Shown: positions 51,778 to 61,812, counted from the stretch's first letter. The stretch: 64,000 nucleotides of DNA from Candidatus Bathyarchaeota archaeon (GCA_963769425.1 CAVYLP010000004.1:32001-96000), one strand, 5' to 3'. Numbers and translations: made by a program. Notes: generated by a model from the letters alone, not told the origin.

Positions 51778-51951
51778 CTAATTTTTTTTAAATATGACTA
51801 TCTACTTACGCGAGAGAGACCTGAAAACGGCTCCTTTTCCACCCAATATCTTGACTGGATGAGTGGTATCGATGGGTTGCGGAGCTAATTTTTTTTTGCT
51901 TATACCCTGCTACAGGGTACAAGGGAGACTTGAAAACAGCCCCTTTCCCAC
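51778..51951 (+). repeat. Two degenerate tandem copies of a poly-T + 27-bp module
   Basis: GAGACYTGAAAACRGCYCCTTTYCCAC at 51816-51842 and 51925-51951, each preceded by CTAATTTTTTTT. Confidence 0.7.
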
Positions 51952-52052
51952 GCATAATAAACAATTACAATTTCAGGCTCCGGCTTTGAAAGCGAAAGAT
52001 TTTCCTACATAGTCCAATGGGTTAAAAAATATTCATTGTTAATTTAGATGCG

Positions 52053-52460
52053 TCAAACTTTACTTTTTCTCATCTTTTCCTCTTCTCTGCGCTTCTCCTG
52101 TAGCCGCTTAAACCATACGTCGACGTTTTCCCTCGTTACGAAGTTCTTGTGGTGACGGAATCCCCCCTGGAAACCATGAGGGATGTGGAGAAGCTCGTGG
52201 ACAAGCACCCTGTCCTGCCCATCCCGGCTGAGGGGATCAAACTGCTCGGAGATTACCTCGATGATGTAGGTAGCCTCGATCGTCATTGCGAGTTGCCAGA
52301 TCCTCCCGAGGCCGTGGATGCGGGCGATTGTCCTCCTTGACTGGCTTCCCCTGCTGCGTACACAATAGATGTTCCGGGGGCGGCAATGATCGAAGTGAAG
52401 CGTCTCGATGATTTCATCCACGCGACTCTTGATATCAGCGGCGGGGAAGTACTCGATCAA
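52053..52460 (-). CDS. Putative metallopeptidase (HEXXH)
   Basis: RS.GS...ARIHGL, YIIEVISE.F, HELLHIP..F.G.FR.H. Confidence 0.85.
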   Translation of the reverse strand: MIEYFPAADIKSRVDEIIETLHFDHCRPRNIYCVRSRGSQSRRTIARIHGLGRIWQLAMTIEATYIIEVISEQFDPLSRDGQDRVLVHELLHIPHGFQGGFRHHKNFVTRENVDVWFKRLQEKRREEEKMRKSKV

Positions 52461-53071
52461 GCATGGACCGTTCTCTGCTTAGGCTCCCCTGTATTCAACG
52501 TTTCCGGAAGTCTCCTTATCCCCTGAATAATCGGGGGAGCTAAAACGGCGAATATTATCGTGTTCGTGACCGTGTGGATAATCGGCGGCCAAGCGTAGTA
52601 TAGGGGCACAAAGGTAAGGGAGAGTGTCTGAATGAGGTCAAGCTGGTAGGCAATGGCAAACCCAAGGCTGGACACGAGATCGTAGGTCAACGTGAGGGCG
52701 AAGCCTATGACAGCGAGGCTAAGACTGAACCTCCCCCACCCTGCGGGCTTCAGGAACCTTGAGGATAAACTACCCGCGACTCCGAATAGGGCGCCGAGGG
52801 CCGCCATCACGAGGAGTAGGACGGGGGAAATCGTGTAGAGCCACGCCGCGGGGTGGGCGAAGGGGTAGGGGACGAGCATGTAGATGCTCAGGCTGATTAC
52901 GCCGACGCTGACGCCTACGGCTGCTCCGAAGCAGAAGCCGGCTATGAAGATCATCACCGTCATGAGTTCGAAGACCCCGGGTAGGGTGGATAGCGCTAAT
53001 CCCCGGCTGTAGGCGATGACGATGGCGAGTGCTGACATCACTGCGGTTATGGCGGCCTGCTTAGAGTTCAT
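52457..53071 (-). CDS. ECF transporter S-component-like membrane protein
   Basis: Six TMs; A..AVMSAL, AGFCFG...G. Confidence 0.75.
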   Translation of the reverse strand: MNSKQAAITAVMSALAIVIAYSRGLALSTLPGVFELMTVMIFIAGFCFGAAVGVSVGVISLSIYMLVPYPFAHPAAWLYTISPVLLLVMAALGALFGVAGSLSSRFLKPAGWGRFSLSLAVIGFALTLTYDLVSSLGFAIAYQLDLIQTLSLTFVPLYYAWPPIIHTVTNTIIFAVLAPPIIQGIRRLPETLNTGEPKQRTVHA

Positions 53072-53147
53072 ATATGGCTGGATTATCCATCCAGCCTTAA
53101 ATAATTTACCCAAACCTTAACAACCAAAGCCCCAGTTTCCTACCAGA

Positions 53148-53753
53148 ATGAGCTTCAAACCCCTCCTGAGACGCGTCGCCGAGAGGTCCTCCCCCGGCAG
53201 GTCCCCATCCTACGGCGAGACCCAGGTCCTGAGGGCGCTTGAACTCGTCTCGGGTGAAGGGATCGGGAGGGCAGCCCTCGGGGTCAAGCTCGGCATAGGA
53301 GAGGGCGTCGTGAGGACCCTCATCAAGCACCTCTTGGCGGAGGGTCTTGTGGAGGTGTCGACGAGGGGTGTAAAAATGTCGAAGAAGGGGGATAGGCTTC
53401 TCTCGGATATTCACGCGGTGATATTGAGGGGAGTAGAAGTGCCGCCGACCGAGGACATCGTCGGGGGATACGGTTACGTCGTGCTTGTTAGGGGGGTGGC
53501 TTCCCGTGTGCGTGTCGGCGTCGAGCAGAGGGACGCCGCGCTTCTCGCTGGTGCTAAGGGGGCGACCACAATAATATTCGCGAAGGGGGAGGCGTCGATA
53601 CCCGGAATGGATCGCGGCCCCTCCCAACCCCTTGTCTCTTTCTTGGAGGAGAAGGTCAGACCCGAGGAAGGCGATGCAGTGATCGTTGGGACGGGAGACA
53701 CAAGCGCAGATGCATGGATAGGAGCCTACGCCGCGGCCCTAAGCCTGATCTAG
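53148..53753 (+). CDS. wHTH / DUF4443-like protein
   Basis: IGR..L...LGIGEG.VRTL; GVEQRDAA..AGA.GATT. Confidence 0.8.
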   Translation: MSFKPLLRRVAERSSPGRSPSYGETQVLRALELVSGEGIGRAALGVKLGIGEGVVRTLIKHLLAEGLVEVSTRGVKMSKKGDRLLSDIHAVILRGVEVPPTEDIVGGYGYVVLVRGVASRVRVGVEQRDAALLAGAKGATTIIFAKGEASIPGMDRGPSQPLVSFLEEKVRPEEGDAVIVGTGDTSADAWIGAYAAALSLI

Positions 53754-53772
53754 AACCCCCCAATCGCCGAGC

Positions 53773-53890
53773 ATCCGCCGCACCTCCGCTGCTAAAACAA
53801 CCGGAAAAAGGCTCTGTTCACTAAAATCGGTTCAAACAGCTTGAAACAGGGCGACGACGAAGTATCCTTCTCCCCCACCCTGCACGCACG
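53773..53890 (+). repeat. Dispersed ~118-bp non-coding repeat, copy A
   Basis: Shares AACCGGAAAAA, AAATCG, GAAGTA, TGCAYGCACG with reverse complement of 46018-46136. Confidence 0.75.
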
Positions 53891-53913
53891 CCGAAACACA
53901 GGGTTAACCTCAA

Positions 53914-54387
53914 ATGGCGAAGAGGCGCACAATATTCATGCTCCACTTCGCCTACGGATCAAACCTATCCGCCAAGTTCCTCCGACAACACTGCCCAACA
54001 GCCGTCTTCCAGATGAAGGCAGAACTACCCAACTTCCGGATCACATTCCCATTCTACAGCCAGAAACGACAGGGGGGCATAAGCAGCATCATCCCAGCCC
54101 CAGGAGAGCTAGTACGCGGGGTCCTCTACGAGGTCAACCAGAAAGAAATGGAGGAGCTCGATGTCGTCGAGAGCGTCCCCCAAGGCCTCTACGTCCGCGA
54201 GACCTATCTAGTCCTCGCCGAAGACAAGAGGTGGCACAGCGCAGACCTCTACCGCTGCGCAAAGCCAACCGGCCCATACGCCCCTGCCAGGAGCTACGTC
54301 GAACTCATGTTCGAGGGCGCAGAGGAGCACCAACTCGACCCAAACTACGTCAAGGAGCTGCGCTGGCTCATTAACAGTCTGGGCTGA
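53914..54387 (+). CDS. Gamma-glutamylcyclotransferase family protein
   Basis: FAYGSNL, V.GVLYE, LD..E...G.Y. Confidence 0.9.
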   Translation: MAKRRTIFMLHFAYGSNLSAKFLRQHCPTAVFQMKAELPNFRITFPFYSQKRQGGISSIIPAPGELVRGVLYEVNQKEMEELDVVESVPQGLYVRETYLVLAEDKRWHSADLYRCAKPTGPYAPARSYVELMFEGAEEHQLDPNYVKELRWLINSLG

Positions 54388-54389
54388 AC

Positions 54390-55178
54390 TCAACTCCTTG
54401 GTACCAGTTGAATCTCATAGAGGTTGGGCCAATTCTTCCCCGTAACGAAGAGGCGCCCACCAACCGAGTCGTAGGCTATTCCATTCAGGACACTGTTTGC
54501 ATCCGGATGCGACGGACCGGGTAACCCCGTTAGGTCTATCCAGAAGTCGACTCGGCCCGTTGAGGGGTCGATGACTGCTATCCTATTCGTAAGGAAGACG
54601 TTCGCGTATACCTTTCCATCGACGTACTCGAGCTCGTTCAGGTCCGTGACTGGCGATCCATCCATCACCTTCACCTGCCCAATGTTTTCTAGCGTCAGCG
54701 GGTCCATGAAGTAGAGGGTCGAGGACCCGTCGCTCATTATCAACCTGCTCCCATCGTATGTGAGGCCCCAACCCTCCGTTGAGTAGGTGAAGTTTCCTAG
54801 CGGGGCGAAGCTAGTCAGATTGTAGACGAAGCCGATCCCGTTCCGCCATGTGAGCTGGTATACCCTGTTGCCCACGATTGTTATGCCCTCGCCGAAGTAC
54901 TCCTCGGAGAGGGAGACGCTCTGAAGCACCATCCCGGTTTCAAGCTCGACCCGCCTCAGTGTGGATTGCCCGTTGAGCCCGGTGCCCTCGTATAGGAATC
55001 CGCCGCTATACACCAGACCCTCGGTGAAGGCATCGGTTGCATGAGGGTATGTGTTGACTATTCTGTAGCCGTAGATGGGTGTGGTCGATGCAGTGGGGTT
55101 CGTCAGCAGCGAATAGGTCGCCACGAGCACTAGAGCCGCTGAGAAGATCAGCACCGTTGCGATGTACTGCCTCTTCAT
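54390..55178 (-). CDS. Glutaminyl-peptide cyclotransferase (beta-propeller type)
   Basis: FTEGL, FGEGIT, QLTW, EGWGL, LNELE, VLNGIA, TGKNWP. Confidence 0.95.
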   Translation of the reverse strand: MKRQYIATVLIFSAALVLVATYSLLTNPTASTTPIYGYRIVNTYPHATDAFTEGLVYSGGFLYEGTGLNGQSTLRRVELETGMVLQSVSLSEEYFGEGITIVGNRVYQLTWRNGIGFVYNLTSFAPLGNFTYSTEGWGLTYDGSRLIMSDGSSTLYFMDPLTLENIGQVKVMDGSPVTDLNELEYVDGKVYANVFLTNRIAVIDPSTGRVDFWIDLTGLPGPSHPDANSVLNGIAYDSVGGRLFVTGKNWPNLYEIQLVPRS

Positions 55179-55254
55179 CCCACTCTCAGGAGAACCCTGC
55201 CAGAGCTTAAACAGTTGACCTTTTCGTCGACGCTGGTAGACACTTCATTAACCG

Positions 55255-55902
55255 ATGCCGATACAGAACATCCCGATGAGATCAGCGGAGAGCCACTTCG
55301 TCGTCGTAGCCCTGGGGGACAGCCTCACGGCGGGTTATCGTTTCAGGGATCCCTATGCTATGGACCCGAGGGTCCCCTACCCAGCACAACTCGAAGCAAT
55401 GATACGGGCAACATTGACGAAGTCTGGTCAGGGTACACTCGCCTTCGTCATCAACGCTGGTATCAACGGGGACTTTACCAATGGCATGCTGGAGCGGTTT
55501 GAGCGGGACGTGGCGGCGGAGAGGCCGGACGTCATCGTGATCTGGGGAGGAGTAAACGATCTCGGCGTCGGACGGAAGCCGGAGCATGTGATCAGGAACC
55601 TGCTCAAGCTCCACGAGATGGCTAGGGCTTCCGGAGCGGAGCCGGTGGCCTGCACACTGACGCCAATGAGGCGCACAAGCGACGCGATGAGGGATCTGAA
55701 CGAGCTGATCCGGGCCAACTGCGCCAAGACGGGGACGAGGCTGGCGGACCTCTTCCCCCAATTCGCAGACGCGGAGGGAAACCTGAGGTCCGAGTACTCG
55801 GACGACGGCGCCCATCTTACAGCCCAGGGCTACGGCCTCGTCGCGAGGATCATTTATGAAGCCGTTAAACCTATTTTGGGTGAAGGTGCCCCGGACCCGT
55901 AG
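55255..55902 (+). CDS. SGNH/GDSL hydrolase
   Basis: GDS, NAGING, GVND, DGAH. Confidence 0.92.
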   Translation: MPIQNIPMRSAESHFVVVALGDSLTAGYRFRDPYAMDPRVPYPAQLEAMIRATLTKSGQGTLAFVINAGINGDFTNGMLERFERDVAAERPDVIVIWGGVNDLGVGRKPEHVIRNLLKLHEMARASGAEPVACTLTPMRRTSDAMRDLNELIRANCAKTGTRLADLFPQFADAEGNLRSEYSDDGAHLTAQGYGLVARIIYEAVKPILGEGAPDP

Positions 55903-55945
55903 TATTTATAACAAGGTGCCTCACTAATCTGCTGAGGTTTCAATA

Positions 55946-56257
55946 TTGACGAAGAAGAGGAGCAGCGGAGGCCATAGCGGTGGCAACAAGGGGAGCTCCG
56001 GGTTGGTGCAGTGCAGCATCTGTGGGGCTCAGGTGCCCCGCGACAAGGCCAAGAGGCAGACGAGGTACACTAGCCTCGTCGACTCCCGGCTCCTGAAGGA
56101 GCTCCAGAACCAGGGCTCCACCATCCAACGCACAAAGGTGACGAAGTACTACTGCATCAGCTGTGCAGTACACCGCGGTGTAGTCAAGGTGCGTGGAAAG
56201 GAAGAGCGTAAATTCGTACCCAGGCGCCGAAGACCGAGACCGGGTCCAAGCGCGTAA
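55946..56257 (+). CDS. rps26e: 30S ribosomal protein S26e
   Basis: KKR..G, C..CG..VPRDKA, YYCISCAVH..VVKVR. Confidence 0.96.
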   Translation: MTKKRSSGGHSGGNKGSSGLVQCSICGAQVPRDKAKRQTRYTSLVDSRLLKELQNQGSTIQRTKVTKYYCISCAVHRGVVKVRGKEERKFVPRRRRPRPGPSA

Positions 56258-56290
56258 CCACTATAGATTTTTACTATCCCTTTTTCGGGA

Positions 56291-56885
56291 TCACTTCGCA
56301 TTTCTCTTGAAGTGCATTGTCCTCTGGATCACCGTTACGTGTGATAGCACGGCGAGCAAGATGACCCCGTAGTTGAGAGCGTCGATCCAGAATACAGCGA
56401 TGAAGGTAACGGCTGCGAGGATCAGCATCCTCTCAGCCCTCTCCGCTAGGCCGACCCCCGCCATGCTCACCCCGGCGGCCTCCGCCCTTGAGCGTGTGTA
56501 GCTAACCATCAGGGAGCCTATGAGGGCGGCGAAACCGGCTATCGGGTTGCATAGTCCCCCGAGGGTTATCCCCGCTAGGACCATGGCGTCCGCGTACCTG
56601 TCGGACACCGAGTCTAGGAATCCCCCGAAGGCGGTGACCTTCCCCTTCGTCCGCGCGATTATCCCGTCGACTGCGTCGAATAGATCCTGAGAGCAGTATC
56701 AGCAAGGCGGCTGCGGGCAAAAGCAGAGGCGAGGATGTCCAGCTGTAGTAGCACCAGGCTGAGACGAGGGAGACGATGAGCCCCAAAATGGTCACCGTGT
56801 TCGGTGTGACCCCAGCGTCAGCGAATGGCTTCACGCCCGCTAGTACGACGCCCTCGAACCTCTTCTTCAGCCTGCTTGAGACCAA
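56291..56885 (-). CDS. CDP-alcohol phosphatidyltransferase (frameshift ~56680)
   Basis: TPN..T; DAVDGIIAR...G.FLDSVSDRYAD; SYTRSRAE; ERAER. Confidence 0.9.
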
Positions 56886-57071
56886 ACCGCTGAGAGATAC
56901 GGCGAAGCCGGTATAAGTTTATTCTTTGTGCCACCTTCACGGATTTCGTTGCATTAAACGTGTTAATTGACATGTTCATGTTAAAAGAAAGTTGATATAC
57001 CAAGGAACCCGGGTATCACCATCAACTCAGTTGAACCCATCGGAGCAGTGGATGGATTGAAGGAAGCCCAC

Positions 57072-58009
57072 ATGGTCGACGACCCCCTCGCGAAGGGGAA
57101 GATCGAGGTAGTCAGGTACAGTGACGCCGTAAAGGGAGTGGAGCCCCGCCGCGGGAAAGGTGAGGGACGTCTACGACCTCGGCAAGGAGATGCTCATAGT
57201 CACCACAGACAGGATAAGCGCCTACGACGTCGTCTTCCCCACACTCATCCCGCACAAGGGCGAGAGCATCAACCGCCTCTCGGAGTTCTGGTTCAACAAG
57301 ACGAAGGACATCATCCCCAACCACTTCATAAAGGTCGAGGACGAGCGCACGATGCGCGTAAGGAAGGCGGAGAGGATAGACATCGAGTTCGTCTGCCGCG
57401 CTTACCTATACGGCTCCGCGTGGCGCTCCTACCGCGACGGCGCTGAGGACCGTGAGCGGCGTCAAGCTCCCCGACGGCCTCAACATGGCGGACAAGCTCC
57501 CCGAGGTCATACTCACCCCCACGACGAAGGCGGAGGCAGGCCACGACATGGAGATCAGCGGCAAGGAGGCCATCGCCCAGAAACTCGTCACCAAAGACGA
57601 GTGGAGGGAGCTGGAGGAGTCAACCCTCAAGCTCTTCGACGCCTACCAGAGTCACGCCAAGAGCCGCGGCTTCATCATCCCCGACTTCAAGCTGGAGTTC
57701 GGCCGCCTCGACGGTGGCTTGATCCAGATCGATGAGCCGCCGAGCCACGACTCCGCCCGATTCTGGGCAGAGAAGTTCTACCAGCCTGGCAAGCCACAGG
57801 AGGCCCACTGCCTCGACAAAGAGTTCCTACGCGCCTACCTACGCGAGGTCAATTACATGGGGGACGGCCCAGCGCCAGAGATACCCGCCCCAGTCGTTAA
57901 GCAGGTCTCCATGAGGTGCGTCGCAAGCTACGAGGTCTTAAGCGGCAAGAAGAGCCTCGGCGATTACGCCCTCAAGAACGTCGACCAGATCATGAGGGAG
58001 TTAAAGTGA
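57072..58009 (+). CDS. purC: SAICAR synthase (two frameshifts)
   Basis: GKVRDVY, TDRISAYD, E..CR.YL.GS, TPTTK, DFKLEFG, DKEFLR. Confidence 0.93.
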
Positions 58010-59460
58010 GCCTATCCGAGAAGTGCGGCGTCTTCGGCGCCCAGTCGGTGAGCGGGGAGGTCTTCCCCATCTTCTACTGGGGTATGCTCGCCCAGAACCA
58101 CAGGGGGCACCAGAGCCACGGCTTCGCCACCTGGGACGGCGGAGATCGAGCTATACACACAGCTCGGCCTCATCCCACCGAACCAGGGCTACGGCTTCAA
58201 CGTGAAGAACCTAAAGGGCTCGGTCGGCATAGCGAATGTCCGCTACGCGACATCGGGCGCCCTCGACCTCGGGGCGAGGCAGAGGGACGCCATGCCCATC
58301 GCGGTGAAGGGGGAGAAGCGGAGCGTCGCCATCAGCTTCAACGGCAACATAGTAAACGTCCGGGAATTACAGGATAGGGTCGGCGTCGACCGCAGCTACT
58401 CCGACACACACGCCCTCGCCCTGCTCTCGTCAAGAAGCTCGACGAGACGGGGAGCATCGAGGAGGCGGCGCGCGCCTGCATGGAGGGGATAGATGGCAGC
58501 TTTGCTATCACCGGGTTGGCCGACGACGGTACTCTGTTCGCGTTCAAGGACCCCATCGGCGTCAAGCCCCTCTGCTACGGTAAGGCGGACGGCGTCCACG
58601 GCTTTAGCTCCGAGAGCGTCGGCCTCGATATAAATGGGCTCAAGTGGGACCACGAGTTCCGTCCCGGGGAGTTCATGAGCGTCGAGGAGGGGGAGGTCAT
58701 CAAGAGGCAACTCGTCGAGAGCAACAGGCGCGCCTTCTGCGCCTTCGAGTTCGCTTACTTCATGCGCCCCGATAGCAGGATGAACGGCAAATTCGTCTAC
58801 CAAGCACGCGTTGACTTCGGCAGGGCCCTCGCCCGCGTCTACGCAGAGAAGGCGAAGAGGTGCGACATAGTCGTGAGCCTCCCCGAGACAGCGGATGACG
58901 CCGCCTACGGGTTCCACGAGGCCGCGGGCATCCCCTGGGAGCGCGCCACGAGGCGGCACCGCTACGTCACCCAGCGCGCCTTCATCACCGACGCAGAGGA
59001 CAGGAAGAGTGTCATCTACAGGAAGGTGAACATCCTCGAGCCCCTCATCAAGGGGAGGAGCCTCGCGGTCGTCGACGACAGCATAGTGCGTGGCGACACG
59101 ACGAAGGGTACCGTCAAGAGGTTCAGGGAGGCTGGGGCGAAGGAGATACACCTCTTCATAACGTACCCCCGCATCATCGGGCCCTGCTTCTACGGCATAG
59201 ATATGGCGACCTACACTCAGCTCATCGGCGCCAGGATGACCCCCGAGGAGATAGCGAAGGAGGTCGGTGCGGACAGCGTCAACTACCTCGACATCGAAAC
59301 CTACGTGAAGTGCACGGGTCTATCAAGGGATCAGCTGTGCCTCGGATGCATAACGAATGGGTACCCGACACCGATGGCGGACTCCCTCGCGAAGCAGATG
59401 TGGGAGAGAGTGCAGCGCGGCGAGGCCGAGACGGGTCGCATCTACGAGTCCACGCGGTAG
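58006..59460 (+). CDS. purF: Amidophosphoribosyltransferase (two frameshifts)
   Basis: MSLSEKCGVFG, HRG, RYATSG, NGNI, CAFE, DDSIVRG, PCFYGID, CLGC. Confidence 0.94.
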
Positions 59461-60251
59461 CCGCCCCTCATGTTCCTCGACGTCTCAAGGGCGGTCCGGG
59501 CTATCCTGTGTGCGAGCATTAGCCTGTAGACCCAGGACTCTGGGTTCCCCTCGTAGTAGTCCTTCACGTCCACGCGTTCGCCGTCTGGGAGGGTCATCTG
59601 CTCACGCTTGAGACGGGTCTCCCACTCCAGACCCTCCGCCTCGACGTATCCCATGCTTAAACCTCCCCTGCAGAATAGGATCGTTGGCCATTCTGAGTCG
59701 TTGTCGAAGAATCTCCCCCGCGAGTACTTCGCGAGGACCTCGACCGCAGCCTTGGATACGCCGCGGGACGCCGCTGTTATGTCGACGTCCTTTCCGTAGA
59801 TGAGTGAGAAGACCCTGTTGGCGATGACTTCTGTCTCGACCTGATTCCGCGGATGTGTCTGGAGTGCTCTAGATGTGCGCCCGATTATCGTGAAATCCAG
59901 CGCGGGGATACGGCTGACCACCTCCCTCAACTCGTCGGGGTAGTGCGCCGCCCAGTGGAGGACCCTATCCGTGTCGACGAGGTGCACGTGGTCGGCCCCC
60001 GCCTCGACGCCGGCTCTGATGACCCTGAGCCGTGAGTCGGAGATGAACTCGACTCCCACGTTGCTTCGAGGCAAGATGACGGCCCAACCGGATTCCTCAA
60101 GCGTGTCTATGACGGTCTGACTCGTCCCCTTCGTCGCGACGACGATGCGGCGCCCATATAGGTCGTCGAGTAGGGATGCACTCTCCTTGAGGGGCTCGAT
60201 GCTCCACCCGGCGGAGTCGTGAATCGTCGAGACGAGGGCGACCTGGGGCAT
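59442..60251 (-). CDS. Hypothetical protein, possible GT-A fold
   Basis: HD..G, DTDR.LHW, GR...A..THP..Q..TE, D.EW, GLEWET. Confidence 0.75.
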   Translation of the reverse strand: MPQVALVSTIHDSAGWSIEPLKESASLLDDLYGRRIVVATKGTSQTVIDTLEESGWAVILPRSNVGVEFISDSRLRVIRAGVEAGADHVHLVDTDRVLHWAAHYPDELREVVSRIPALDFTIIGRTSRALQTHPRNQVETEVIANRVFSLIYGKDVDITAASRGVSKAAVEVLAKYSRGRFFDNDSEWPTILFCRGGLSMGYVEAEGLEWETRLKREQMTLPDGERVDVKDYYEGNPESWVYRLMLAHRIARTALETSRNMRGGYRVDS

Positions 60252-60293
60252 AGTTGAGAAGACCCGCGTCGCGGATTTATCTCTACGTCTATT

Positions 60294-60959
60294 CTAGTCC
60301 TTCCCCTGAAGGTACCCGTATAGCTCCCAGAGGTTCATCTGGTGGGACTTACCCTCGAACTTTCCGAATTTGAACGCGTACTGGACCGAGTATCCGAGGG
60401 TGAGGGCTGTGATGACCGTCCCGACGCCGACGGGCCCACCAAGGAAGAAGCCGAGGATGAGGACCGTGACCTCTATGCTGCCCCTGACGAGCCAGATTGG
60501 TTTATTCATCTGTTTGATCAGCCCGACCATGAGGCCGTCCCTCGGGCCCGCGCCGAGCCGGACCCTCATATAGAAGAGGCTTCCAAGACCCACGAAGAGG
60601 ATGCTGAGCAGTAGTAGCGACGCCCTGCCAACCGGGTCTGTGGGCTGGGGGACTATGCCCCACTCCATGATGCGGTCCGTGAACCAGCCGATGAAGAACA
60701 TGTTCATCACCGTCCCGAAGCCCGGGGGGAAGCCGAGGCCCCAGCCGATGAGGAGGACGACGAGCCCGACCATCTGGCTGACCTGTCCGAGAGTGAAGCC
60801 GCTGAGCCCCGAGACGCCGACGTGGAAGACGCCCCAGGGACTCATCCCGAGACCCGAGTAGAGGTTTGTCACCGACCCCGCGGCGAAGAGGAAGAGGCCG
60901 AAGTAGAGGGAGGGGAGACGGATCAGGAAGCTCTTGAGGTTCCCACCGTGGATCGGCAT
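60294..60959 (-). CDS. YczE/YitT-family membrane protein
   Basis: LGMSPW, GTV, GAGPRDGLM, LGGPVGVGT. Confidence 0.9.
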   Translation of the reverse strand: MPIHGGNLKSFLIRLPSLYFGLFLFAAGSVTNLYSGLGMSPWGVFHVGVSGLSGFTLGQVSQMVGLVVLLIGWGLGFPPGFGTVMNMFFIGWFTDRIMEWGIVPQPTDPVGRASLLLLSILFVGLGSLFYMRVRLGAGPRDGLMVGLIKQMNKPIWLVRGSIEVTVLILGFFLGGPVGVGTVITALTLGYSVQYAFKFGKFEGKSHQMNLWELYGYLQGKD

Positions 60960-60999
60960 CCAATGAGCGGGGGATAGCAGCCTCAAAAAGGGATCGGTC

Positions 61000-61749
61000 C
61001 TAGAGTGTGACCTTGAGCCAGTCGAGTACAGCCCTGATGAGGGGTATGCGATGCTCCGAGAAGCCGTGGTCGGCCCCCTCGATGAGCACCCACTTCTTCG
61101 GCTCATGCGCCTTATCGTAGAGAACCTTACAGAGGTCAGGTGGCGTAACGTCGTCCTCCGTCCCGACGACGATCATCGTCGGGGCCTTTATGGAGGAGAT
61201 GAGATTAACTGGGTTCCCTGATCCCGTGACCTCCTTTAGGTCGGCGCGTAGCTGATCCGCGGTCATCCCGTCGAGCTTACCCTTCGCCGAGCTGATGAAG
61301 TGTGGTATCACCGTCTCGAGGGCGTCCCCGCTCGTCCAGAGGCTGATGTCGCTGACTGGGGACATCAGGACGCAGGTCTTCAGGGTCGAGTCGATGCTCA
61401 TCCTCTTCGAGAGCGGGAGGGCACCCATGCTGTGGCTGACGAGGCCGACGCGGTCAGGGTCGACGCACGCCAGAGACCTCAGGTAAGCAACTGCGTCTCG
61501 GGTGCTCAGCTCCAGCTTCGTGAACCTGTAGGCCCCCTTGCTCCCCCAGGCTCCCTGGTAGTAGAAGACGAGCGTCACGATGCCGTTGAGGGCTAGCTCC
61601 TCCGCGAGGTCCATGTTCTTCGTGTCCCCGGGGTAGCCGTGGCAGATGGCCACCGCGGGGTACTTTCCCTCCGGCGCCGGCCTGTAGAGTCTACCCAGAA
61701 GGGGTATGCCATCGCTCTGGAATGAGACGTTCTCGACGACGATGCTCAT
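61000..61749 (-). CDS. Alpha/beta hydrolase (paralog 1)
   Basis: HGYPG, SHSMG nucleophile, GTEDD, GADH. Confidence 0.92.
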   Translation of the reverse strand: MSIVVENVSFQSDGIPLLGRLYRPAPEGKYPAVAICHGYPGDTKNMDLAEELALNGIVTLVFYYQGAWGSKGAYRFTKLELSTRDAVAYLRSLACVDPDRVGLVSHSMGALPLSKRMSIDSTLKTCVLMSPVSDISLWTSGDALETVIPHFISSAKGKLDGMTADQLRADLKEVTGSGNPVNLISSIKAPTMIVVGTEDDVTPPDLCKVLYDKAHEPKKWVLIEGADHGFSEHRIPLIRAVLDWLKVTL

Positions 61750-61812
61750 CGGAAGGCATACCCCCGTCAACTAACTTAAATCAACCGATTGAAACTTTCA
61801 GCAGAATTTTAG

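Noticed and set aside
51600-52050. Replication origin (ORB repeats) or mini-CRISPR
   Set aside because: Repeats lack the TCCA-N-TGGAAAC ORB core and there is no cdc6/orc1 nearby; only two degenerate copies 109 bp apart and no cas genes
57140-57165. Programmed frameshift at GGGAAAG in purC
   Set aside because: One of many scattered indels; the gene has a second one, and a homopolymer error is simpler
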